This document shows positions 1 to 12,956 of a stretch of 64,000 bases of DNA, piece after piece (position 1 is the first letter of the stretch; the number at the start of each line of letters is the position of its first letter). The translations under genes and the position numbers were made by a program. Source of the stretch: Octopus vulgaris (lineage: Eukaryota). The stretch is taken from assembly GCA_951406725.2 (NCBI GenBank), contig OX597839.1:18538001-18602000 (forward strand). The letters are read 5' to 3'. The notes under the pieces are model-generated. The model saw only the letters and a list, made by a program, of their open reading frames with translations. It searched no databases and was not told the origin of the DNA.

Positions 1-165
1 AAATTTATTTTTTGATTTATTTTAGAAACCTCTTGTCTTACTGAGAAGTGTGGTGGGTAGACTTTGTTGCTGTGGCCTGGGTTGGAACCCAGTCAGAACT
101 TAAAAAGAAATGGAATTGTCTTAATTCCTTTTTATTAATTTCATGTGTTTTTGTCCCTTTAACAG

Positions 166-267
166 GTGTTACTTAATTCAAAACTTCCTGTAGATATATT
201 AGGACACATTTGGGACCTCAGTGATGTTGATAAGGATGGCTTCCTTGATAAAGATGAATTTGCAGTG
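166..267 (+). CDS. Eps15: Eps15 exon: EH2 C-terminal half ([34 protein letters not shown])
   Basis: Acceptor ccctttaacag at 165, donor GTAAGT at 268; 102 nt; EH signature L..IW.L.D.D.DG.L...EF. Confidence 0.95.
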
Positions 268-2423
268 GTAAGTATTCATATCTCCTTTTTACCTTTTATC
301 TTTCACCTCTTTCAGTGCTTGAACTGTGGCCATGCTGGAGCACCCTTTGAAGGATTTATTTGGCTTGTTGATTCCTGTTAAACAAGCCAGCACTGATTGT
401 TAGGTTGTGGAGCAAACATGAACACAAAGACACACTCACACATACATACAAATATATAAATACGAATGGTTTCCACATAGTTTCCATCTGTTACCAACTC
501 ATTCCCTATCTGTAATCATCTGTCACACTCTTCTCTCTCAGCACACTTATCTACATATCTGCCTTTGCTGCTCCTCTGTCCTATGTTGTCTCCCATATTC
601 ACCATGTGCTTCTCTCTCTCTTCATGTGGCCAAGCTATGTAGTCACCTCTTCAGCCAGACTCCTGCTCCTCTCCATCTACCTTAGTTTCTTATCCCTCCA
701 CTCTATACAGCACTTAGTTGAAGTAGGGGTCTTGTCTTGCATGTCCTTGAACCTCACTGGTGGTGGTGCCACATGAAAAGCACCCAGTGCATTCTGTGAA
801 GTGGATGGCATTAAGAAGGGCATCCAGTTGTAGAAACCATACCAAGCATAGAACCTGTTGCAACTCCCTAACTCATCTGTTGTCAAACCGTTCAACCCAT
901 GCCAGCATGGAAAATGGACATTAAATGATGATGATTATGATAATGATTTTGATGATGATGATGTGTATGTTTGTATTGTGCCTGCCCCCCTAAAGTGTTT
1001 GACAACCAGTGTTGCTTTGTTTATGTCCCTGTAATTTAGTAGTTTGGCTGAGACACTGACAGAATAATTTCTAGGCTTTAAAAAATAACTGCTGAGGTCA
1101 AATCATTCAATTCACATCCTTCAAAGCTGTGCTCCAGCATGGCCACAATCCAATGACTGAAACAAATAAAAGAAAAAATATAAACGTATTCATTTTAATA
1201 ATTAATTTATCCCCTTTGGTGGTGGGAGAAAGAGAAAAAAATTATTTCTTCTTATTTTCCTATTTTAAAATATTTTTAAGTAAATGTATTTTTAATTCAA
1301 TTATCCTGCACATGTAAGCGAAAGCATGGTATTGCAATCACTTGTCTTTGTCTGTTTGTCTGTAAAATTACTGGAAAACAGCTGAATGGATTTTCACCAA
1401 ATTTGGCAGAAATACTCCTTGGGTGAGTGGCTGGAAATGATGAAAATTTGGTTTGATTATCTTCAAACATACATAAATATATACATAGATATGCGACTGT
1501 GCTTTTGTGTGTACAGTAATAGATTTGAGGGTTTCGTTTATTTACGAGTTGGTTTTCTAATTTCACCAGAGTGTAAATACCTATAATGGTGATACTATTT
1601 TATTCTTTTACTTGTTTCAGTCATTTGACTGTGGCCATGCTGGAGCACCGCCTTTAGTCGAGCAAATCGACTCCAGGACATTTTTTAGAAGCCTAGTACT
1701 TATTCTATCGGTCTCTTTTGCTGAACCGCTAAGTTATGGGGACATAAACACACCACCATTGGTTGTCAAGCGATGTTGCGGGGACAGACACAGAAACACA
1801 AACATACACACACACACACACACACATATATACATATATACGACGGGCTTCTTTAAGTTTCCGTCTACCAAATCCACTCTCAAGGCTTTGGTCGGCCCGA
1901 GGCTATAGTAGAAGACACTTGCCTGAGGTGATACTTAAATATTTAAAAAATCGAACCTACAAATTTCCTGATAAGCAAGTTTAGACAAACACTTACAAAG
2001 CTTAATTCAGTTCAATTAAAAAGGCATGGGTAAGCAAAACATTGTAAGCCACACAATCATCGTTTAACGTTCGCTTTCCATGCTAGCATAGGTTGGACGA
2101 TTTGACTGAGGGCTGGCGAACCAGATGGCTGCACCAGGCTTCAATCTTGACCTGGAAGAGTTTCTACAGCTCGATGTCCTTCCTAACGCCAACCACTCTG
2201 AGAATGTAGTGGGTGCTTTTACATGCCACCGGCACGGGGCCAGTCAGGCAGTGCTGGCAACGACCTCGCTCGAATCTTTTACGCATGCCACCGGCACAGG
2301 TGCCAGTAAGGCGATGCTGGTAACGATACTATGATTTGGGAAAAATTCTATCTGTGCACAGGGTATGTATCGCCTTTCTGACGCCTTTTTTTTTGTCATT
2401 TAATTTTTGTTTTTGTTTTTCAG

Positions 2424-2573
2424 GCAATGCATTTGGTATATAGTGCATTGGAAAATAACCCGGTTCCTACGACATTGCCACCAAAATTAATCCCCCCTTC
2501 GAAGCGTAAGCGTGTCTCATTACCTGGTGGAACCATCACAGATTCATTACCACCAAGAACTGATTCTCCTGCT
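2424..2573 (+). CDS. Eps15: Eps15 exon: end of EH2 and linker ([29 protein letters not shown]...DSPA)
   Basis: tttttcag acceptor, GTGAGT donor at 2574; 150 nt; AM.LV...L....P..LP..L.PPSKR EH tail. Confidence 0.95.
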
Positions 2574-4397
2574 GTGAGTATATTCTTCATTTATAGATTT
2601 ATTGATTTTCTTAGTTGCTTGTTTAGATTATCAGTTAGGGCTCTTTTCACTGCCCCTAACCTTTTCTCCCTGCAATACTGGGTAAAATGACATGACCCCT
2701 GCCAATTATTTCTACCTTCCCCAATTGAGTGGGATCAGTAACCATTCAACCTTTGTATAAAAACTTACTCCGTTCCCCTCATTCTCTTACACTCTAACCC
2801 AAGGGTTACTCTCTTTTTACTCTCTTTTACTTGTTTCAGTCATTTGACTGTGGCCATGCTGGAGCAACACCTTAAGTCGAGCAAATCAACCCCAGGACTT
2901 ATTCTTCGTAAGCCTAGTACTTATTCTATCAGTCTCTTTTGCTGAACTACTAAGTTACAAGGATGTAAACACACCAGCATCGGTTGTCAAGCGATGTTGG
3001 GGGGACAAACACAGACACACAAACACACACACATACACACACACATATATATACACGATGGGCTTCCTTCAGTTTCCGTCTACTAAATCCACTCACAAGG
3101 CTTTGGTCAGCCCGAGGCTATAGTAGAAGACACTTGCCCAAGGTGCCACGCAGTGGGATTGATCCCGGAACCATGCGGTTGGTAAGCAAGCTACTTACCA
3201 CACAGCCACTCCTGCGTCTCTCAACTATTTTTTTACCCATGGACCCCTTTTACCCCACTTTTACCTTTTTTTACTTATGGACCCTATTTTATTCTGGTGG
3301 ACACCAATAGCCATCCTATGTTTAAAAACTGTTTTTTTATACAGACTTCTTTCAAATTTCCTATTTTGTTGTTCACACATCAACTTGTGTAGGTTGAACT
3401 ATGTAAAATGTTAGAGAAAGAAACCTGGCTCTTTCTTGCAATACACACCGATACATACACCTGAAGCAAAATGCTATTGTGGATCCCCTATTTACTATTT
3501 CATTGCATGGAAACCCCACCAATCTTATATGGACCCTGGTTGAGATCTACTGATCAAGGTCTCTCAGCCATTTTTCTATCTATGAACTCCTTTAACTACT
3601 GTTTTATTCTAGTGGACCCCACTAACCATTTAATAGTACTTATTCTATCAGTTTCTTTTGCTGAACTGCTAAGTTATGGGGATGTAAACACACCAGCATC
3701 GGTTGTCAAGCTATGTTGGTGGGACAGACACTGGAACACACACACGTGACGGGCTTCTTTCAGTTTCTGTCTACCAAATCCACTCACAAGGCTTTGGTCG
3801 GCCTGAGGCTATAGTAGAAGACACTTGCCCAAGGTGCTGCGCAGTGGGACTGAACCCGGAACCATGTGATTGGTAAGCAAGCTTCTTACCACACAGCCAC
3901 TGCTATATGTATGTATATATCTACATACATATATGCATGTTTATGTATGCATCTGTATACGTATAGACATGCACGTATGCACACACGCATGCACGCTCAC
4001 ACACGTTTTGCGCCATAAGTTCATGTACTCAACAAAGATTTAGCAAATTATGGTAAATACTTAGCTGAGACCACTTTGGTGTCCCCTGCTGAATACATCC
4101 ATCTGTCTTTTACTATGTTTTTATGTCTTGTGCCTTGCCTGAACATAATAGACATCGGTTATCCAATTACCAATGATGCTGTGCATTAAACAAACAAGCA
4201 GTCAGACAATAAGAAACCCTGATGGTATTTATTCTGCCTGAGTAGCATCGACATTACCTTGTCAATCGCTGCATAGGAGTTGCAACTGATCTATTGAAAA
4301 CCTACAAACTAATGCTGTTCTTCACAAAATACGTAATCATGAAAAGAAAATGGAATTAACTGGGAGGAGAAAATTAAAATGAAAAAAGTAATTATAT

Positions 4398-4542
4398 TTG
4401 CAGCGTGGAAGGTGTTTATAAGCCGTTTAAGAAACACACAAAAACCGTTAGATTCACTTCAACATTTAAATTTTGTTTGTCAAAATATTTTCGTTGCTTT
4501 GAAACCGCGACCTGTTCACTGAGAAAATTCCATGTTGCATCA

Positions 4543-4599
<57 letters not shown>

Positions 4600-4758
4600 T
4601 ACATATATGACAATTGCAGCGTGAAAGGTGTTTATAAGCCGTTTAAGAAACACACAAAAACCGTTAGATTCACTTCAACATTTAAATTTTATTTGTCAAA
4701 ATATTTTCGTTGCTTTGAAACCGCGACCTGTTCACTGAGAAAATTCCATGTTGCACCA

Positions 4759-4810
<52 letters not shown>

Positions 4811-5553
4811 CAATTGCAGCGTGGATGGTGTTTATAAGCCGTTTAAGAAACACACAAAAACCGTTAGATTCACTTCAACATTTAAATTTTGTTTGTCAAA
4901 ATATTTTCGTCGCTTTCAAACCGCGACCTGTTCACTGACAAAATTTCATGTTGCATCAGTATATATATATATATGACAATTGCAGCGTGGAAGGTGTTTA
5001 TAAGCAATTTAAGAAACACACAAAAACCGTTAGATTCACTTCAACATTTAAATTTAGTTTGTCAAAGTATTTTCGTTGCTTTGATACCGCGACCTGTTCA
5101 CTGTATATATCAGTATATATAGGAAGGGCATCCAGCCGTAGAAACACTGCCACACCAGACTGGGCCTGATGCAGCCTTCTGGCTTCACAGACCCCAGTTG
5201 AACCGTCCAACCCATGCTAGTATGGAAAGCGGACGCTAAATGATGATGATGATGATGATGATATATATATGACAATTGCAGCATGGAAGGTGTTTATAAG
5301 CCATTTGAGAAACACAAAAACTGTTAGATTCACTTCAACATTTAAATTTAATTTGTCAAAATATTTTTGTCGTTTTGAAACCACGACCTGTTCATTGACA
5401 AAATTTTGTGCTGCATAGAATTTTGTCAGTGAACAGGTCATGGTTTCAAAGCGATGAAAGTATTTTGACAGAAATTACATTTAAATGTTGAGGTGAATCT
5501 AACGGTTTTTGTGTTTTTAAATGACTCCTAAACACCTTCCATACTGCAATTGT
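4398..5553. repeat. Tandem array of a ~145-bp unit plus (TA)n (5 direct copies and 1 inverted copy); Penelope-like terminal repeat / retrozyme-like
   Basis: Units at ~4398, 4609, 4809, 4975, 5271; 5272-5553 is a fold-back; each unit has a hammerhead-shaped motif. Confidence 0.85.
4892..4942 (-). ncRNA. Minimal type I hammerhead ribozyme motif, G3-C8 core variant
   Basis: TTTGTCA-GTGAACA-G-GTCGC(GGTTTGAAA)GCGAC-GAA-AATATT-T-TGACAAA: 7-bp stem I, 5-bp stem II, palindromic stem III. Confidence 0.65.
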
Positions 5554-6029
5554 TTTTTGTTTCAGCATACGATCTCAGATCAAGTCACTTGCTATGCAAG
5601 TACATCTCCGTAAATAATTACAATGGATTTGATTAAATAGGGAGAAGTAAATTTATAAATACAATCCTCCTCTTTTGTCAATTTTCCATTATGCAGCTTG
5701 ATTGACGCACAGGCTGGTGGGAGATCATGTGACGTGATGACATCATATTTTTGTACCTATTTCGTGTATTCCCTCTCCACAGTTTAGTATCCTTATCGCT
5801 AAAATTTCACTCAGCCTGTTGCTGTGTAAACAAAGCCTGTTAGGTAATCACGGCTGTAAAGTTAATTGAAGCCATTGATGCCATAATGATTTTTGTATTT
5901 AAACCAATATTTACCAGGTTTGATAATGCAGTGCACAGTTTAGGTTTGGGCTCTTTATATTGGCTGTTGCAACTACAGATACTTTTGTTCAGCTGCAGTA
6001 ACAATGGCATTCGCTGTGTGCAATCTAGC

Positions 6030-6650
6030 TTGCAACAGAGCTAGAAAGGAAACTCTATGTGGTCTTTCAACATGCTAGAAACAGCAGCTAAATAGATAGT
6101 CCTTGAATGATGCCCAACTATCTTTAAAAACTGCAGATGCACTATAGCTTAGAACAGCTATATTTAATAGCAACTGCATGAGTCACAATCTCACTTGCAG
6201 CAGATCTGGAAAGGAAACTATGTGGTCTTTTAACATGCTAGAAACAGCAGCTAGATATGCACTGTAGTTTGTAGCAGCTTTTTTTATTTAGTAGCAACAG
6301 CATCAGCTGCACTCTCACTTGCAACAGATCTGGAGAGTAAACTCTATGTGGTCTTTTAACATGCTAGAAACAGCAGCTAGATAGATAGTCCTTGAATGAT
6401 GCCCTACTATCTTTAAAAACTGCAGATGCACTGTAGCTTGGAGCAGCTATATTTAATAGCAGCGGCATGAGTTGCAATCTCTCTTGCAGCAAATCTGGAA
6501 AGGAAACTATGTGGTCTTTTTAACATGCTAGAAACAGCAGCTAGATAGATAGTCCTTGAATCACGCCTTACTGTCTTTAAAAATTGCAGATGCACTGTAG
6601 CTTGTAGCAGCTTTATTAATTTAGTAGCCAGAGCATCAGCTGCACTTGCA
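6030..6650. repeat. Diverged tandem repeat, ~125-165-bp units (4 copies)
   Basis: Recurring cttgcaNcagatctggaaaggaaactatgtggtcttttaacatgctagaaacagcagctagat at ~6030, 6194, 6318, 6483. Confidence 0.75.
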
Positions 6651-7469
6651 AATACACACACACACACACACACTTTCAGTTTCTATCTACCAAATCCACT
6701 CACAAGGCTTTGGTTGGCCCGAAGCTATAGTAGAAGACACTTACCCAAGGTGCCACACAGTGGGACTGAACCCAGAACCATGTGGTTGGTAAGCAAGCTA
6801 CTTACCACACAGCCACTCCTGCGTCTATAGCCACTTCTGGTAAACATTTTTTGAGAAGTGGGCTGCACAAGACATGACTTATCATCAGCCAGGCTGCACT
6901 CCTAAAAGGAAAAAAAAATTACCGCTATTCTTGTTTTGAAATTATGCCATTCAGAAAGTACCATGACTACACTTACCATGCTACAAATAGCAGTTCAATC
7001 TTCCTTGAATCACACCCTACCATGTTTTAAAACCCCAGGTGCATTGTAATTTGCAATTGTTTTGGTTCAACAGCAACATCTACAATTTATGTTATGAAAC
7101 ATAAAAGGAGTAGCTATATGGTCATCTAATATACTAGAAACAGCCATCAAATGTGGTAAATATATTCAGGGTTATAACCCCTAAAGAAGCTCAGCAACTT
7201 TTGACCTCAGTGTTTCGTTTCATTTTGGCAGAAGTAACTTGACAGAATGTTTCTTGATTACATTTAGGGTTCAGATCTTACATTTAAGGTTCAGATCTTA
7301 GTAAGGTTTACTTTATCATTTCACCCCTCCAAGGTTGATAAAATATTTACCAGTTAAATATTGGGGGTTGATTGCATTGTCTATTCGCATTCCTTAGATT
7401 TGTTGTTAAAAATCTGTGTTTATAAATGTACTTTATTTTGTTTTTTTTTTTTCCTTTTCGATATTAACC

Positions 7470-8377
7470 CTTTACCTATCCAAAGCATTTTCATAAGTTT
7501 GTCCTAACACCCATGGTTGTTTTCAGACTTTTAGGTGGCCCTTGTTTCATATGTTCTGAGTAATTTAAAGGTTTCCCTTCATAAGAATCAGATATGATGC
7601 ATGGACATCAGGCATATATGTCAGGTGTAATAAACAAGACAGGTAAAGCACTAAGCTGTTTCTGAAGGAATAACTAATCTTATTTAACGGCTATTTTAAG
7701 CCTTTTCCTGTCCAATGCATTTTCACAAGTTTGTCCTATATGTTCATACTTGTTTAGCATTTAAAGTTTGCCCTTGTTTCTTTGGTTTCTTCCTCACCTG
7801 CACCCAGCCGTCGTCACTGCTGTGCACCTCTGCGCCTTTGCTCATGCAACCGGGACTGCGCGGCTTTGCCTCGCGCTTCCTGCCTGACAGTGACAGTGAC
7901 GTGCGCTTCCTTGCCTCTCTCTCGCGACTGTCTCTCTGCATGCTGCTGGCCGCTGTATGCTCTCACACACACTCCGGTAGCTTGCTGGCCAATGCTGTTT
8001 CGGCTCCACCGGCTGGTTTGCTGCCAGGAATGAGTTCATCACTAGTGCCACAGAAATGGTAAATGGTTTATGGTACAAAAGAAATCACTTTAAACTTGCT
8101 AAAATAATATTCGAGATGCCTTTATCGGGACTAAGTATAGATGCAGATGTGTTACCTGAGATTAATTTTGAGGATCTAATCAAAGACTCTATGCCTACTA
8201 TTACTCTCACTCCAGAATGAATAGTGGAAGTGTCATTGAATAGTGAGAGAGGGGGGTAAAAGTGTGACACACTGACACACACAAATTCATTTTCGCATTT
8301 ATTATTATAAATGATGTTTAGACATCGTGGGGAAACTGTTCTTTGTATCATAGGTGATACAGAGGTCAGGCAAAGGG
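7470..8377. mobile_element. Degenerate piggyBac-like non-autonomous element(s)
   Basis: TTAA-CCCTTT left end (~7466, echoed at ~7697), AAAGGG-TTAA right end at 8372-8381; GC-rich interior 7800-8040. Confidence 0.4.
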
Positions 8378-8460
8378 TTAAAATTGATATTAACATTTGT
8401 TATTTTTGTTTGCTTTTCTTACTATATTTCCTTTCTCTTTTTTTTTTTTTGCTGTTGTAG

Positions 8461-8615
8461 CCTTTGCAATGGGTGGTAACCAACACCGAAAAGGCAAATT
8501 ATGATATTCTTTTTAAAAAAACTGACACAGATATGGATGGATTTGTATCTGGCAAGGAAATCCGGGACGTTTTCCTGCAAAGTGGATTAAGCAATAATGT
8601 TTTAGCTCATATTTG
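8461..8615 (+). CDS. Eps15: Eps15 exon: EH3 N-half (PLQWVVTNTEKANYDILFKKTDTDMDGFVSGKEIRDVFLQSGLSNNVLAHIW)
   Basis: Not in the ORF track; read directly. Acceptor gttgtag at 8460, donor GTAAGT at 8616; 155 nt, phase 2; EF-hand DTDMDGFVSGKE. Confidence 0.95.
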
Positions 8616-9223
8616 GTAAGTTCCTTATTTGATTTTCATCAAGAGGAAAAAACAAAAAAAAAAAAGTCTTTTGCCTTTTTTTTTTTTTTTTTACTTAATA
8701 TCTATTTATGTGTTATCATCATTGTCATCGTCATCGTTATTGTCGTCATCATCATCATTGTTTATGTTCACTTTTCCATGGGTTGAATGAAATAGATTTT
8801 TTTGAGGTGGATTTTCTGTGGCCAGATGTCTTTCTGACCCTCACCTGTATCCAAGTAAGGTAGAATTCGCCCTTCACCAAACATGTTTTCATGGAAGATT
8901 GGAGACAAAAGACACTGCTTGCATGATGCTGACTCTCACAACAGTCACATGATGTCATGGCAAAGAGACAGTAACACACGCGCGCACACACACAAACTTG
9001 TCATTTTGCTCGTTTCAGTTGTTTGACTGCGGCCATGCTGCAGCACCTTGAGAGGTTTTAGCTGAACAAATCGACTCTGGGACTTATTTTTTAAGCCTAG
9101 TACTTATTCTATTGGTCCTTTTTGCCGAACTGCTGTGTTAGGGGGCGGTAAACTCACCAACAGCGGTTGTCAAGCAGTGATGGTGGGACAAACACAGACA
9201 GAAAGACACACAGACACACACAC

Positions 9224-9276
<53 letters not shown>

Positions 9277-10011
9277 CGACGGGCTTCTTTCAGTTTCCGT
9301 CTACCAAATCCACTCACAAGGCTTTGGTTGGCCTGAGGTTATAGTAGAAGACACTTGCTTAAGGTGCCACACAGTGAGACTGAACCCAAAACCATTTGGT
9401 TGGAAAGTAAACTTCTTACCACAAAGCCATGCTTGTCCCTGAAGTCTGTACTTGAATACACACACACACACACACATTCCTGTGTGTGTGTATTCAAAGT
9501 GTATGACTCATATCTAGCCTGAGTTTCTTCCTAATATGACCCTCACATCATTCCTTGTCATTAATATGGCAAGTATATTCTGTAAAGTAATCGGTGATGG
9601 GAAGCCGTAGATAACGCACCAAAAATTCATATAAGTGAGACATGGTCCCCCGACCCATTTAGGAATGCTGTTACTTAGAATAAGAGCTCATTTGGTCTGT
9701 GATGACCAATCTGACCCATATCAGGAAGAAGCAGGTGTAAAATAAAATGATGATGAAGATGATCGCGATGCTGATGATATCATCTTCATGTAGAGAGAGA
9801 AGAAAAAAATCTTTCACCTTTTTACCTAATATCTATTTATGTGTTGTCATCATTGTCATCACCATTTTCACCATTGTCTAATGTCTCCCTTTTCATCATC
9901 ATTGTCGTTGTCATCACTTTTTCATCATCATCATCACCATCAACATCATCAACACCATTGTCTAATATCCACTTTTACCATTGTCTATCATTATAATATA
10001 ATATTGTTCTG

Positions 10012-10264
10012 TTGTGTCTGGGGAGAGTCATTTTCTTTTCCTGCCTTATAATTTAACATACTCACCGGTAAAATTTCCACTTATTTCTTATTTTTATTTT
10101 CCTAAAATTTTCCTTGCGTCTTGCAACCTTTTCAATAGTCTTGAAAAGGTTGCACGACGCAACGAAAACTTTAGGAAAATAAAAATAAGAAATAAATGGA
10201 AATTTTACCAGTGCATGTGTTAAATTATAAGGCACAAAAAGAAAATGACTCTCCCCAGACACAA
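10012..10264. repeat. ~250-bp fold-back element with a U3-A8 hammerhead-like motif in each arm
   Basis: Arms are reverse complements about ~10138; right arm TTGAAAA-G-GTTGC(ACGAC)GCAAC-GAAA. Confidence 0.8.
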
Positions 10265-10539
10265 TAAAATATGCTTCAACACACAAACTCATATAAAGAA
10301 TCTTGCAAACCAAATCCAAAAACGAAATATAATATAGTTCATTATATCATTATTTATCATATCTTAATACAATATATTGATATTCCCTACACTGTTAATA
10401 TCTCCCCTGTCATTTGCCGCAAAGGGTTTCTCGGGCTGTGTGGTTAAGAATCTTACTCTGCATCCACGTGGTTTCAGGTCGAGTTCCATTACATGACACC
10501 TTTGGCAAGTGCCTCCCACTAGGATAGATGTTTTGAGCA

Positions 10540-11200
10540 ACAGTTTCCATAATACTCTTGCAGCCAGTTTTAGCAATTTCTTTTACAATTCCCTCTAATC
10601 CAGGAGACTTTCTCCTCTTTGTAATTATTTAATGGCTTTTGCTATTTCTTCAACAGCTATTTCAGTGTATGGCTATTTCCAGCTCTTCTTGTGGTCAAGG
10701 AATTAAGAAAGCATTTCTCCCTATTAAAAATGTCTTGTTTTTGATTATTACTCTAAAACTGTTCTTTCTGTTGTTCTTGCACACTTACATCAGATGGTAT
10801 TAATTACCCATTAGCACTAAACACAGTCCTTTTCATCTTTCTACTTGGCCTGTAATCTCGTTTAATATTTCATAAGCTTTCTCAATCCCTCTTTTCATCT
10901 CATCTTAAACACCTTTAAACCTTTCTATCGAATCTCCAGTATTTACCTGTTTCTAGTTAAAGACCCCCCCACCTTATTCTCTCACCCCAACTTTAAACAA
11001 TTCATTTTCATTCCTTTCATGCTTCAATTACTTCCTATGTTTCTTCTGAAATCCCAAAATCCCATTTCCTTTTTATATTTCTTTACCTAGAATGCCTCTG
11101 GCTACATTCTGCTGTACTTCCTTTACATTCTTCCATTCACTGCTGTTATCTACCTCTTCATCTATATAGCTCCAAGCACTACACATCGATTCGATGTCTG
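10540..11200 (-). mobile_element. Decayed LINE ORF2 fragment
   Basis: Minus strand gives EIAVEEIAKAIK and KSPGLEGI, resembling the pre-RT KSPGxDG motif, with frameshifts and stops. Confidence 0.5.
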
Positions 11201-12778
11201 ACCTTCTATCACTACATATATATTATGTTTTGATATATCATGCTATTCTCTATAGTTCTTATCTATTCAGCATAGCACATGATGTCTGTACTTGCACACA
11301 CACACACACATGCCTCTCTCAGTGTATGTGTATGTATTCAAAGCATATGACACATACCTAGCCTCAGTTTCTTCTTAATGTTGCTCATCACATCATCATT
11401 CTTTATCATAATTATCTACTAAGATAATACTCTCATGTTTTTCTCTGTCACAACATATGAATGAGGAAAGAAGGGAAGACAGCAAAAAACAAACAAACAG
11501 CGTGTGAGTATGTGTGTGTGTATGTTAAAGGGAGGTTTGTGAATGTTTGTGTGTGTGTGTGTGTGCAATGGAAGTGGGGTGGTGAATATTTAACACTGAA
11601 AAGAAAAATCAAACAGTGTTTCAACTCTGTGAGTATGTGTGTATGTGTGTGCATGTGCAAGGGAAGTATGTGAACATTTGTATCTGTGTATCTTATTTTT
11701 TATTTTATTTATATATAAAGTACTACAATTAGCTGTCATTTTCGACGGTACAGAGCCAGCTAGTCTACTATAATAATACTCTTGTGTTTTTCTCCGTCAC
11801 AACATATAAATGAGGAAGGAAGGGGTGATAGGTGAATAAGGAAGGAAGGGGTGATGGCAAAGTGGTAGTGGGATGATGGAAGTTCTACCACAAGTTCTAC
11901 ACAGAGAGAGAGAGAGGAAATTTTGGGTCTACTCTTTGACATGCTGGTTCCTATACAACAGGAAATGACTTGGTGATTGTTAACATCTATTATCTAAAGC
12001 AAGAATTCTTCTCAGTGGATAAATTTCGTTTATTGTTGTTTAGCCCAGGGCAACCTAGTTTGAGCAGATTTTAGGTTTAATGCAATCCTGGCTAGCATTG
12101 GACATTTGATGATAAGGGGTTGTGGGTTTTTTTTGAGAGATTTGGCTGCTGCTTCTAGCAGGTTGAGTGACCACAATAGCTGCTCCTTTGTTAGTGATAT
12201 TTTGCTTTGGCCATTGGACAATGGTTATGCTCAGGCACCACTCCAAATGGCTTTGGTCAACTATATCGATCACCCTGCTTTGGTACTTATCTTTTTCATT
12301 GATTTCTCTTTATTGTTTGGTTTAACTTATTTCAAGGTAAAGGGATGTCACTCGGATGGAATAAATACAACAAGGTATCATCATCATTATTTAGTATCTG
12401 TTTTCCATGCTAGCATGGGTTGGATGGTTTGACAAGGAACTGGCAAAGCCAGGGTCCACACCAGGTCCCATGGTCTATTTTGGCCTGGTTTCTACAGTTG
12501 GATGCCCTTCCTAATGCCAACCATACCACAGAGTGTACTGGGTGCATTTTACATGACACCAGCACCAGTGCTTTTTAAGTGGCATTAGTACCAGTGATCT
12601 TCACGGGCAAGCATTACCAAGGTGGTTTTAAGTAATCATAATAATTGCATTTCGCCCGGCATACTTAACATGCTGCACATGTTTCTGCAACTCTTATGCA
12701 ATTATTGTGGCATTCTGCTGAAATACCTGTGTCCTGAATGAATTATATGATCCTTTTTACCTCACCTTCTCATTGCAG

Positions 12779-12956
12779 GTCATTATGTGATATAAAAAGT
12801 ACTGGTAAGCTGAATGCAGAGCAGTTTGCATTAGCGATGTATCTGATGGGCGAAAAGAAGAAAGGAGCGACCCTACCACAGCAACTCACACCTGAGATGG
12901 TACCTCCGACCATGAGGTCGCAGACTAATGCTGGACCAGCTGCTTTCGGAGTCATG
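12779..12956 (+). CDS. Eps15: Eps15 exon: EH3 C-half (SLCDIKSTGKLNAEQFALAMYLM...PEMVPPTMR...AFGVM)
   Basis: cattgcag acceptor; first G completes TG|G Trp from the previous exon; donor GTTTGT at 12957; 178 nt. Confidence 0.93.

Noticed and set aside
7715-8078. GC-rich island with overlapping ORFs
   Set aside because: No recognisable protein or splice sites; lies between piggyBac-like termini, so more likely transposon interior.
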